Assembly: GCA_041752695.1 (NCBI GenBank)
Contig: JBGSVZ010000082.1
Coordinates: forward strand, 1 to 15,158
Direction: 5' to 3'
DNA: 15,158 nucleotides
Source: Terrimicrobiaceae bacterium
Lineage (GTDB): Bacteria; Verrucomicrobiota; Verrucomicrobiia; Chthoniobacterales; Terrimicrobiaceae
Below, one piece after another: positions 1 through 7,502 of this stretch; within the stretch, counting starts at the first letter, position 1, and every line of letters begins with the position of its first letter. Both the position numbers and the translations under genes were made by a program. The notes beneath the pieces were generated by a model. It was not told the origin of the DNA. It searched no databases and saw only the letters and a program-made list of their open reading frames with translations.

Positions 1-93
1 GGCAACTTCCGTCACGGGCTTTCCCAGGTTCACAAGGCCTACGGCCTGGGCCTTGAACTCTGCTGTATATCGTTTTCTGGTCACTGGATTCAT
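1..93 (-). CDS. IS3-family transposase OrfA, N-terminal fragment (partial, runs off window)
   Basis: Manual translation MNPVTRKRYTAEFKAQAVGLVNLGKPVTEVA matches the RKRYTxEFKxxAV start of IS3 OrfA. AAGGAA lies upstream. Not in the ORF track because it is truncated. Confidence 0.85.
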   Translation of the reverse strand, partial: MNPVTRKRYTAEFKAQAVGLVNLGKPVTEVA

Positions 94-140
94 TGTCGCT
101 TATTCCTTTATTTCCTGGTCCAGAAATTTCGCGCGCCTCA
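1..140 (-). mobile_element. IS3-family insertion sequence, left end (continues beyond window start)
   Basis: Minus strand from 140 reads TGAGGCGCGCGAAATTTCTGGACCAG, an IS3-type terminus starting 5'-TG with a GGAC motif. An OrfA-like HTH reading frame follows. Confidence 0.85.
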
Positions 141-209
141 AACGACACGAAGGGAAGTTTGCGAAGAAGAAGAATTGTTTGTCATAACAATTTTTCTGAA
201 GAGCGAACT

Positions 210-448
210 CCTTGCGGTGAGCGGGCCTCCAAAGCCCGTTGGGTCAAGGCCAAGCGCAGCGCAGCACAAATGCGAAAAGAGGAGGTTGGAGGGAACCCCG
301 GGCGGCGGCCGCCTCCTCGGCATTTTGGAAAGCCTTGACGCAGTAGTCCCGCAACGCGGGAGCGAGACGGAACCGGCACGGTGGAGCGAGAGGCAGGAGG
401 CAACTACGGAGTCCGGCAAAGCACGGGCGGAGTCAAATGACATCCGCC
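210..448. other. Hairpin-dense non-coding region (nested inverted repeats)
   Basis: Nested arms GTCAAGGC 243-250/GCCTTGAC 332-339, AAATGC 268-273/GCATTT 320-325 and GAGGAGG 279-285/CCTCCTC 312-318. Further hairpins at CGGGC 222-226/GCCCG 234-238, TCCCGC 347-352/GCGGGA 356-361 and GGCGGA-GTCA 426-435/TGAC-A-TCCGCC 438-448. Confidence 0.6.
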
Positions 449-758
449 GGCAAAGACACGGCGCGTATAAATCAAAAGGCGGCGATCCGGGGAACAGGAG
501 CGTCGCTGGCGGGCCGGTGCAGGGTGTTGGGCACCAAGCACGACGGCGGGAGCGATGTTCACCGGTTGGCCGCCTCGTTGGGGGAGAGCGTGAGTCTGTG
601 AGGACACGCGAAGGGAGGCACGACCGAAGAGGCCCGCAACAGTCTCGCGCCGACAGGGCACGAGCAAGGGCACACTTGCGTCGAGTCTATTATGTCAAAG
701 AAGGTGTTCGCTTGTAGGCTTCCTGCATCGGTCTAAATTTCTGGGAAAGGTTTTTTGC

Positions 759-789
759 AACAAAAGCGCCCAAATGGGACACTTTTGTT
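759..789 (-). terminator. Putative intrinsic terminator of the parA-RHH-pilin operon
   Basis: Minus strand AACAAAAGTGTCCCATTTGGGCGCTTTTGTT forms a 13-bp stem using G-U pairs, with a GC core followed by UUUUGUU. It lies about 20 nt after the pilin-like stop at 811. Confidence 0.55.
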
Positions 790-810
790 CAAGCTTCAAT
801 ATTTCCGTAA

Positions 811-1629
811 TCAAGGAATATTGGCCTTAACCTGCAATTGGCAGATCTTTGGGGCTGCCATATTATAGTTTCTCGGCGACCCGGCCACCACGCAGGAAGG
901 CGTAGCCGCATAGCTTGGCGCCGGATAATCCGTGTTCGAGGGGGCAAGAGTATATGGCAACGAACAACCTGCTCCCGAGTTATGGTTAGTACCGCTACCA
1001 ACCGCTACAACCATCCCCGTATCAGGCAAACCATCATCCATCTTGTTGTCGATTGCCAACGCATCAGAAGCCTTTATCGAATCCAACGGATCAACTAGGA
1101 CCGACATATATATCCCTCCGGGAGACGGCTTAAATTGGGTGCTTAATGGTAAAAAGTAAAAAACATCGCCATTTGCAATGCCAACGCTCGCAACAGCTTT
1201 CTTGGGATTATATTGTGAATAAGGAAATTGAAATCCCGGTCCAAAACCATAATTGAGCGCAGGAAAGCCTCCGGTCGGCCAAGTTGGTAAATACTGATCC
1301 TTCAAATGCCCCATTGCTGATAAATTTGGGAAGAAATTCAAGGTTTCCCCACTAAGATACGTAGTCACGCAAGTGTCTGCGCCAGTTACACCTAGTTTTT
1401 TATCACCGTTTCCCGCCCATCTCCCAAATGGGGAATCTCCCGGAATTCCCCTATATTTTGTTTTAAAATTAGTAGCCGCAATATCAAACTGCTGGAACTG
1501 TTTTATCTGCGCCTGAATCTTGGCTGCCGCAATCAAACTCTGTCCAACTAAAACCCCGCCAAACAGCAGACCGACAATCACCAGAACGATTGATAGTTCA
1601 ACTAATGTAAATCCCTTTCTGCTATCCAT
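811..1629 (-). CDS. Prepilin-type N-terminal cleavage/methylation domain protein (type IV pilin / pseudopilin-like)
   Basis: Class III signal peptide [29 protein letters not shown] (G-1, F+1, E+5, hydrophobic helix), then FKTKYRGIPGD and IDNKMDDGLPDTG segments and four Cys. GGAGG SD upstream. Start overlaps the stop of the upstream gene. Confidence 0.88.
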   Translation of the reverse strand: MDSRKGFTLVELSIVLVIVGLLFGGVLVGQSLIAAAKIQAQIKQFQQFDIAATNFKTKYRGIPGDSPFGRWAGNGDKKLGVTGADTCVTTYLSGETLNFFPNLSAMGHLKDQYLPTWPTGGFPALNYGFGPGFQFPYSQYNPKKAVASVGIANGDVFYFLPLSTQFKPSPGGIYMSVLVDPLDSIKASDALAIDNKMDDGLPDTGMVVAVGSGTNHNSGAGCSLPYTLAPSNTDYPAPSYAATPSCVVAGSPRNYNMAAPKICQLQVKANIP

Positions 1630-2011
1630 CAGCCTCCCCCATTGGGTCGTTTTTTTTCAACCAGTCGCTGAGCGCTTCGATTACGATATCCTGTTGGCTG
1701 AAGGGGTGAACTTTGCGGAGCTTCCTGCCCATTGATACTCGTAGGAGCTCGGTCGCAAGATCGTTGGGCACCCGTGTGTTCAGAGATACCAGTAGCGAAT
1801 CGTGAGCGGGAAGATTGGGCGGCGGATTCGGGCTCGGAGGCGTTGGTTGTTCCGATGGCGAGACAGTCAGCGGTAAAGGCGGGTTGGCCTTTTGGGTCTT
1901 CGGTTTTGGTTTTTGCTTTGATACAGGTTTCGACGTAGGCGTGTTTCCATGCTGAAGAAAGGCTTCCTCCTCCGGGGTAAGATTGATGTCGTCGAGAGAT
2001 CGTCTAGCCAC
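1622..2011 (-). CDS. Small ParA partner, probable ribbon-helix-helix centromere-binding protein (ParG-like)
   Basis: Overlaps the parA stop. Pro/Lys-rich disordered middle, then LVSLNTRVP (alternating beta strand), [11 protein letters not shown] (helix) and [14 protein letters not shown] (helix), the type Ib CBP layout. Confidence 0.7.
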   Translation of the reverse strand: MARRSLDDINLTPEEEAFLQHGNTPTSKPVSKQKPKPKTQKANPPLPLTVSPSEQPTPPSPNPPPNLPAHDSLLVSLNTRVPNDLATELLRVSMGRKLRKVHPFSQQDIVIEALSDWLKKNDPMGEADG

Positions 2012-2636
2012 TTGTCATCTCCTTTAGGAGGCGTTTGATTTCTTGGGAAGCGGGGTTGGCTGATGCTCCCATTTGCCAGACTACCTTGCCCTGCCCTGCG
2101 GCGTCGGCGAAGCTCTGGCGGAGAGAAAGGCTGGGGAGGATATCGATTCCGATTTTTTCGGCGGCGTTCAGCATTTCCCTGCTCAGGCGTCCACGCTTTT
2201 GGAGGCGGTTTGGAATTAAGGCGCCGGCGGGCTTTCCGTTGCGGGCCTTTTGGGCTTCGGCAAGGAGGGAAACGGCTCGGACGGCGGCTCGGAGGTCAAG
2301 AATGGACGGACCACAAGGAAGGAATACGCGATCAGCGCGGAGCATAAGCGCTCTGGTTGTGGCCGAGAGCCCTGCGGGTCCGTCAATGACGATGTCATGA
2401 GTAACAGTGGCAAGCTCTGCCACTCGTTGAATTATTACCTCCGGGTCGGATATGCGTTCTAGCTGGATTGGTAGACCTAGTTCTTTGAGCCACGCGGAGG
2501 CCGAGCTTTGCGGGTCGGCGTCGATAAACAAGACGGTGCGTTTGCGGTGGTGAAGCCACGCGGCTAGATGCACGGCAATCGTGGTTTTCCCTACCCCTCC
2601 CTTCGAATTTGCCAGACAGTATATCGTCACATTCAC
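2004..2636 (-). CDS. parA: ParA-family partition ATPase (type Ib, no N-terminal HTH)
   Basis: Deviant Walker [12 protein letters not shown]' IDADPQSS, Walker B IVIDGP. 210 aa. Confidence 0.93.
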   Translation of the reverse strand: MNVTIYCLANSKGGVGKTTIAVHLAAWLHHRKRTVLFIDADPQSSASAWLKELGLPIQLERISDPEVIIQRVAELATVTHDIVIDGPAGLSATTRALMLRADRVFLPCGPSILDLRAAVRAVSLLAEAQKARNGKPAGALIPNRLQKRGRLSREMLNAAEKIGIDILPSLSLRQSFADAAGQGKVVWQMGASANPASQEIKRLLKEMTSG

Positions 2637-2726
2637 TCCTTTGCGTGATTGTAGCGAGGAGTGCCACGCTGGTCATTGGCCGTATGGTGAAAGGCGCGAT
2701 TCCGTGGCAGAATTCTTAGAATGGTT

Positions 2727-2778
2727 GCAATCTTGCAACAGAGCAAGCTAGCAAGCTTGTTTGCGAGCTTGCTAGCAT
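2727..2778. repeat. GCNN 4-nt periodic array upstream of parA (candidate centromere/operator)
   Basis: gcaa tctt gcaa caga gcaa gcta gcaa gctt gttt gcga gctt gcta gcat: 13 in-phase tetramers, 10 starting with GC. Confidence 0.65.
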
Positions 2779-2924
2779 ATGGTGCCCCTTCTCTTTCTAA
2801 GCTGTCAGGCGAGCCTTCTATATGGCTCGCTGCCTGTCAGCGCTGTTTAGGTAGTTTAAATATATGTTTAAGTAGGTTTAGGGTTTCGGGACGGCTTGCC
2901 CAGCGCGGCTTTGAGGGATGTTCG

Positions 2925-3104
2925 GGTCGTTGGTCCGCCGATAGTGGGTCGTTACTCCGCCGATACCAAGGTCGTCACTCCGCCGATAGTGGGTCGCTAG
3001 CCCGCCGATAGGGTCGCTGCTCCGCCGATAGGCTTGCAAATCCCAGGGTTACAATGGGACGTATTTGTAGCGTAGAGGTGCAAAAGGTCGTTGCTCCGCC
3101 GATA
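2925..3104 (+). repeat. Iterons of the replication origin (oriV), 6 copies of a 19-bp repeat
   Basis: Consensus GGTCGYNRSYCCGCCGATA starting at 2925, 2947, 2970, 2992 and 3012 (spacing 22/23/22/20), with an outlier at 3086. An AT-rich stretch at ~2845-2880 is adjacent, and the array sits directly upstream of repA. Confidence 0.88.
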
Positions 3105-3157
3105 TTGCAATTAATGCAAAGGCATGCTAAGTATGGAGTTACGCGAGCGAGGGTTGA

Positions 3158-4309
3158 ATGGAGTCACGGGTGGATGGTGGAATCAGTAAGAACAACAATC
3201 TCAAGAAATTTGAGGCGCAGTCCTCCGACGTTAAACCTAAGGATCAGATAGATCTAATGGCGCGTTGCTGGTTCAGTCTGAGCGGCAATCGGACGGAGCC
3301 GATAGTTCATGAATTTTCCGATGCAAGGAGCGGAAGAGTTGAGTCGGTCAGGGTTTCTGCGGGGGCAGAGCATGGGATCGCGACGATTCACGATCAGGAT
3401 TTGCTCATTTTCGCGATTTCGCAATGGATTGAGGCCAAGCGGCACGGCATGGAGGTGTCGAGGAGGATCTCATTCACTCCGTATCAATTTTTCAACTGGA
3501 TTGGGCGTGTTCCGCAGGGGAGTGCCTACAAAAGGCTCAAGGACTCGCTTGCGCGTTTACGTGGAACGACGATTGAAACAACCATCCGTTCCGAGCGTAC
3601 CAAGCGGGATCGCGTCCGGCAATTCTCCTGGATCTCCGAATGGGAGGTCACGGAGGAGAACGGGTTCATCCGCGGGATTGAGGTGGTTCTTGCGGAATGG
3701 CTGTTCGAGAGCATCAAGGACTACCATGTCCTTACGCTTGACAAGCGGTATTTCGAAATTGCGGGAAGCGTTGAGCGCTGGCTGTACCTTTACGCTCGCA
3801 AGGCGACGGGTGGAGCGAACGGTACTTGGAAGGAGACCTTCAAAAGTCTGTATCAGAAATCGGCCTCGCAGCAGGAGTATAAGCACTATGCGAGCGCTCT
3901 TCGCAAGATCGCCAGCAAAAATGAGTTGCCGGGAATTCGTCTTGAATGCACCAAGTCGATTCGCGGGAAGGATATGCTCCTGATGGAACGCACCGAGAAG
4001 CGGGAGCTTCCGGTGAAGGACGAAGATCAACTGGTTTTGATCGAGAAATCCCCAGCCGAAGAAGCTTGGGAGAATGTGCTTGATGGCTTCGAGGCCAAAC
4101 ATGGAGCGGCGACGGTGAAGTCCTGGTTGCGCCCGCTGCAGATCAAGTCCGTTGATGAAGCGACGCTGGTCATCTCGGCACCGACCGCGTTTCACGGTCA
4201 GTGGATCGCAACTCACTACATGCTTGAACTGCGCTCGGGGTGGAAAAAGGTTGGCTATCCGATTTCCAGCGTGAAATTCGAGGTTAAGGGTAAGCCGTTG
4301 GCCGTCTAG
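3158..4309 (+). CDS. repA: Plasmid replication initiator protein A (RPA family) with C-terminal DnaA domain-I-like region
   Basis: KDQIDLMARCWFSLS, GIATIHDQDLLIFAISQ, YKRLKDSLARLRGTTIETTIR and VLTLDKRYF..ERWLY..ARK are typical RPA-family motifs. The C-terminal AWENVL..KSWLRPLQ..TLVISAPTAFHGQWIATHY resembles DnaA domain I. Preceded by iterons. Confidence 0.9.
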   Translation: MESRVDGGISKNNNLKKFEAQSSDVKPKDQIDLMARCWFSLSGNRTEPIVHEFSDARSGRVESVRVSAGAEHGIATIHDQDLLIFAISQWIEAKRHGMEVSRRISFTPYQFFNWIGRVPQGSAYKRLKDSLARLRGTTIETTIRSERTKRDRVRQFSWISEWEVTEENGFIRGIEVVLAEWLFESIKDYHVLTLDKRYFEIAGSVERWLYLYARKATGGANGTWKETFKSLYQKSASQQEYKHYASALRKIASKNELPGIRLECTKSIRGKDMLLMERTEKRELPVKDEDQLVLIEKSPAEEAWENVLDGFEAKHGAATVKSWLRPLQIKSVDEATLVISAPTAFHGQWIATHYMLELRSGWKKVGYPISSVKFEVKGKPLAV

Positions 4310-4980
4310 CTTTGGGTCCGAGTGCGTTTGGTTCGTGGTTTTCGGGTAGCACTCGGCAATGCTGCTTCTCGCAGGGCGTCAACTGGAGCAACGGTTTCTT
4401 CGGCATCATCAAAAATGTCCTCCTGCCGTTTTCTCAACCGCAGGGCTGCCCAGTAGTTGATCGCTTCTTTGAGCCAGAGGCAGACGGCAACAAATCCGAG
4501 CCAGCCGGAAACTCGGTTGTTCCCAAGCGGAATGCGGAGAAGTACGGAGGCCGCAAAAATTACCCCAGGCTCAACCCAAAGGTGGATCTTGCTTTCGGTT
4601 TGTTCGCTGGGCTCCAGTTTCAACAGCCGCATCAAGTGGAACATGTGTGAAGTTCCGGAATGCTGATCATGGGCAGCCTTTCGGCGGAGTTGTGAAGCAA
4701 CGGCAGCAGCTAGGTGGGAAAGGTAAAGGATTGCCGCCAACATCCCGAATACGCAGATGGGGGCGCTGGTGCGCCAAACGGCGGGTTCGTTTATTGCGTA
4801 GATGGTGTAGAGGGTCATCGCCCAGGCGAAGGCGATGAAGACACTTTTCGGACGAAGGAAGAGGTAGCCGAATCCGGAGCGTAGAAAGACGATTCCGGTC
4901 ATGGAGATGCAGTGGAGTAAAGAGCTTACAACCGGGATTTTGGCTGGCAGCCTCGACTGGTCTGTTTGGCGGTCATTCAT
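4306..4980 (-). CDS. Hypothetical integral membrane protein, co-transcribed with the coupling protein
   Basis: Starts 3 bp after the coupling-protein stop. About 4-5 hydrophobic segments (VFIAFAWAMTLYTIYAI; ICVFGMLAAILYLSHLAAAV; WVEPGVIFAASVLL; WLGFVAVCLWL) and a basic C-tail. Its stop overlaps the repA stop (CTAG 4306-4309). Confidence 0.75.
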   Translation of the reverse strand: MNDRQTDQSRLPAKIPVVSSLLHCISMTGIVFLRSGFGYLFLRPKSVFIAFAWAMTLYTIYAINEPAVWRTSAPICVFGMLAAILYLSHLAAAVASQLRRKAAHDQHSGTSHMFHLMRLLKLEPSEQTESKIHLWVEPGVIFAASVLLRIPLGNNRVSGWLGFVAVCLWLKEAINYWAALRLRKRQEDIFDDAEETVAPVDALREAALPSATRKPRTKRTRTQS

Positions 4981-4983
4981 GGG

Positions 4984-6537
4984 TTACCGGGACGTGAATT
5001 TCTGTTGAAAAACGTGACGCAGGTAGTTTTGGAGAGCGGGCTTGCTTTTTGTGGGAATGACCCAACGACGACCGCCTTGAAAGATGATCGAATCTACCTG
5101 GAATTCGCACTCCGCGCCTCCCGTCCGAAGGGTGGTGAATTCTTGCGGTTGAACAAGGTACTCGAAGACCATGCTGCCGCCGGCGTTCTGGTTGGTTCCC
5201 CCTGCTCCGGCTTTGGCAAAACTGTCAGAAAGGCCTCCGTAATGTTGCATTTGACGGGTGCGACCAATTGAGTCAGCCGCCCAATTATTGGTGGTCGGAT
5301 CCCCGTTGGCATGGAACATTTTGGTCTGGAGGTTCCCTAGAAACGATTCCGCGTCGGATCGAGAGTTTGCCCCGCCGAATGCGCTGAAGTAGCTGGGTAA
5401 GTTTTGAGTGAGATAGACGGTGCAGGCGCGGGAGCTCCGGGCCGTGCTCTGGAAAAGCGAATCGTAGGAAGTGACGAAAAACTGACTTTCATCGGCCCAG
5501 AGGAATACCGGGCGGATGGTAGCCTGTGCGGTTTCCCGGTCAATTCCTGGAGGGATTCGGCGTTCCACGGCCCTTTGCCAGACATATTTGAAAAGCACCT
5601 GGGCGAACTGGCCGAGTTCGTTGTATTCCTTAACCGGCAAATTGAGGACGATGATTTTGCCGGAAAAGCTGTCTTCCGGCTGGAAGGTCAAATCAGTGCA
5701 AAAAAGTTGCCGGAGCATCCCGCGCAGGAAGCAGTCTGCCATGCTGGTAAAGGTGCTGACGATGACTGAGCGGGTTTCGTCGGCCAGCCCGGGAAACTCT
5801 CGCAGCCAATAGTCGCGGGTCAGTTCGAAATCGGACCTTCTGCCCTTCTCCTCGGCTTTTCCTTCGGCGACCTCGATCAGGGCAAAACAGGCCGAATCTT
5901 TGCGCCAAGATTCGCTTTCCGCTTCGGCGGGCGTGCGGGGCGCGGAAGTGATGATTCGGTAAAGGTCCGGCAAGTCGAGGTCGTCCAGGGACAGGACGGC
6001 AAGATCAATGGCGTTGCGTAGAAGCTGTTTAAGGGTGCGCTGCCAATAGCTGTCATTGCCGCCGCCCTGCCCGTGCTTTTTCTCGGAGGATTCGAGCACG
6101 CTGCAAAACAGGTTCACCAGATTTTCGGTGTGCCCGGCCCCTGCCCCCGGTCGCCGCAATTCGTAGCGCAGGAAATTAAACCGGTAAGGAGCCCCCTGTT
6201 CGACCACAAGCAAATCGGCCTCCCTGCCCGTAGCTTTGGCGTATTTTTGCCACATCAGCACCTCGTCATTTTTGGCCGTCAGGACAAGGCCGCCAAGATT
6301 TGCTTCGAGAAAAGCGCGGGCAATTGCCTGTCCGCTCCCTGAAGATTTACCGGACCCGGTTCCGCCGAAAATCTGCGTTCCCTGGAAGGCGTCATTGAGG
6401 CACCAGAAGTTCTCGGCGAGCTTGGTTTTGTCTCCACCGGGACCAAGCTCAAGCAGGGCTTCCGCGTCGTCCGGCCAGTCCTTTTTCGGCGCGGTGGAAG
6501 ATGCCGCGTGGGGCTGGGAGTGGGCAAAATGTTCCAT
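4984..6537 (-). CDS. Type IV coupling protein-like ATPase (VirD4/TraD/TraG family), lacking N-terminal TM helices
   Basis: Walker A IFGGTGSGKSS, GGLVLTAK, FNFL, YWQRTLKQLL all-alpha region, Walker B FLWADESQ, ARSSR..VYLTQN, LGNLQTKMFH..DPTT..WAADSIG and VQPQEFTTLRTG. Divergent from a MOBF relaxase. Confidence 0.85.
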   Translation of the reverse strand: MEHFAHSQPHAASSTAPKKDWPDDAEALLELGPGGDKTKLAENFWCLNDAFQGTQIFGGTGSGKSSGSGQAIARAFLEANLGGLVLTAKNDEVLMWQKYAKATGREADLLVVEQGAPYRFNFLRYELRRPGAGAGHTENLVNLFCSVLESSEKKHGQGGGNDSYWQRTLKQLLRNAIDLAVLSLDDLDLPDLYRIITSAPRTPAEAESESWRKDSACFALIEVAEGKAEEKGRRSDFELTRDYWLREFPGLADETRSVIVSTFTSMADCFLRGMLRQLFCTDLTFQPEDSFSGKIIVLNLPVKEYNELGQFAQVLFKYVWQRAVERRIPPGIDRETAQATIRPVFLWADESQFFVTSYDSLFQSTARSSRACTVYLTQNLPSYFSAFGGANSRSDAESFLGNLQTKMFHANGDPTTNNWAADSIGRTRQMQHYGGLSDSFAKAGAGGTNQNAGGSMVFEYLVQPQEFTTLRTGGAECEFQVDSIIFQGGRRWVIPTKSKPALQNYLRHVFQQKFTSR

Positions 6538-6635
6538 GTTGGACCGGTTTGTTGCGTGCGGAAACTAGCTGAGAGAGCGGGGGGGCGGCGAGCGAAAAAC
6601 CCTTCCTATGCTGTGCATAGGGCAGATGTCTGAAA

Positions 6636-6791
6636 GCTTTCAAGCGAGCTTGCTCGCATGCTCGCAAGTTCGCTGGCTTGCAAGGTAGGAAGCTCGCTTG
6701 CGAGCGAGATGGCGTGCTCGCACGGCGGCTTGCTTGCTCGCTGACATGCTGGCAAGTATGGTTGCTCGCGTGCTGGCAATCATGCAGGCAA
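6636..6791. repeat. Long GCNN 4-nt periodic array upstream of the coupling-protein gene
   Basis: gctt tcaa gcga gctt gctc gcat gctc gcaa gttc gctg gctt gcaa ggta ggaa gctc gctt gcga gcga gatg gcgt gctc gcac ggcg gctt gctt gctc gctg acat gctg gcaa gtat ggtt gctc gcgt gctg gcaa tcat gcag gcaa. Phase is unbroken over 39 tetramers. Confidence 0.8.
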
Positions 6792-6969
6792 AATCTGCCT
6801 AGCTCAGTCGTGAAGAGAAGGCGAGTTTTCCGGGCGAAAAGATTCCCTCCCCGCTGCCTGGGGGGGGGCGCAAGGCCGCAAGGGAAGGGAGGCTCCGACG
6901 GAGGGATCCTACGATTTCCGAAGCACCGCGAGGACAGTCGTGGGAGACCGTTGGATGCCCTTTACTTTC

Positions 6970-7321
6970 TGACCGTAGGCAGGCCTAGTGAGCAAAAAGC
7001 GACAACGGAGCGTGGCGAGCATCCGCTCGGTCAAGCCGCTCATTTCCTTCCGGCCGTGCCCGATGGCCCGATGCCGCAGAGGCATGAGGGCACGGAGCGG
7101 CGACGGTGTGTCCTGCCAAGCGGTTGCGGTTTAGGGTGCGCGGGAAGAGCATGCCGATTGGCAGGACAGACGGTCGCGATTGATCTGTTGCGCAAACAAA
7201 GGCGAGTCTCTGAAATTCGCTGACGGGGAGGAGGGGAGGCGAATTTGAGAGTCTCGCCTTGCGCCATACGACCTCCGGCCTTTGGTCGGCGTCGAGGGGC
7301 GTTGCGGGGACGACTCCCCGC
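6970..7321. other. Tandem long inverted repeats (candidate single-strand origin, ssDNA promoter, oriT part or structured RNA)
   Basis: TGACCG 6970-6975/CGGTCA 7028-7033; CCGTGCCC 7054-7061/GGGCACGG 7088-7095 with inner ATGCC/GGCAT; TGTCCTGCCAA 7109-7119/TTGGCAGGACA 7158-7168; 22-bp arms 7199-7220/7239-7260 (20 of 22 complementary); GCGGGGA-cgac-TCCCCGC 7304-7321. Confidence 0.7.
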
Positions 7322-7343
7322 TTGAATGGGTAGGGCCGCACGC

Positions 7344-7367
7344 AGTAGGCGCGAGGGAAAGTCCTTT
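7344..7367 (+). repeat. 24-bp direct repeat, left copy, flanking hipBA
   Basis: AGTAGGCGCGAGGGAAAGTCCTTT, identical to 9066-9089. In this copy it extends into the palindrome AGGGAAAG-tc-CTTTCCCT (7354-7371). Confidence 0.9.
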
Positions 7368-7420
7368 CCCTTGGACTGCTCGAAATCTCGGGCCGAAAGA
7401 TACAATAGGCGGGTGACGTT

Positions 7421-7494
7421 TATGTGACAGATGGCATAAATACAAAATATGCGCCAAAACACATATTGACAGTTTATCGGATATAGCGCATACT
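7421..7494 (+). promoter_or_regulatory. hipBA sigma70 promoter with three HipB-type operators
   Basis: TTGACA 7466-7471, 17-bp spacer, CATACT 7489-7494. The 18-bp sites TATGTgacagatgGCATA (7421-7438), TATGCgccaaaacACATA (7448-7465) and TATCGgatatagcGCATA (7475-7492) recur every 27 bp and resemble E. coli TATCC-N8-GGATA. Confidence 0.8.
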
Positions 7495-7502
7495 GTCCGC
7501 AG

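Noticed and set aside
93..717. ORFs 93-338, 175-717, 182-403, 404-673 and most of 138-443
   Set aside because: Arg/Gly/Pro-rich translations with no motifs, overlapping each other across a hairpin-rich or IS-end region. Likely spurious.
752..795. AAC...GTT hairpin after the pilin gene as an integron attC site
   Set aside because: Too short (~31 bp), lacks proper RYYYAAC/GTTRRRY ends and L boxes, and no integrase is present. A terminator fits better.
2925..3030. Iteron array as a CRISPR array
   Set aside because: Repeats are 19 bp separated by only 1-4 bp, with no unique spacers and no cas genes. The position before repA fits iterons.
2721..3251. ORFs 2721-3011 and 3054-3251
   Set aside because: These are translations of the GCNN array and iterons (repeated SADSGS), or overlap repA out of frame.
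4306..4309. Overlapping convergent stop codons (CTAG) of repA and the membrane protein as a regulatory device
   Set aside because: Such overlaps are common in compact replicons and nothing else supports a regulatory role.
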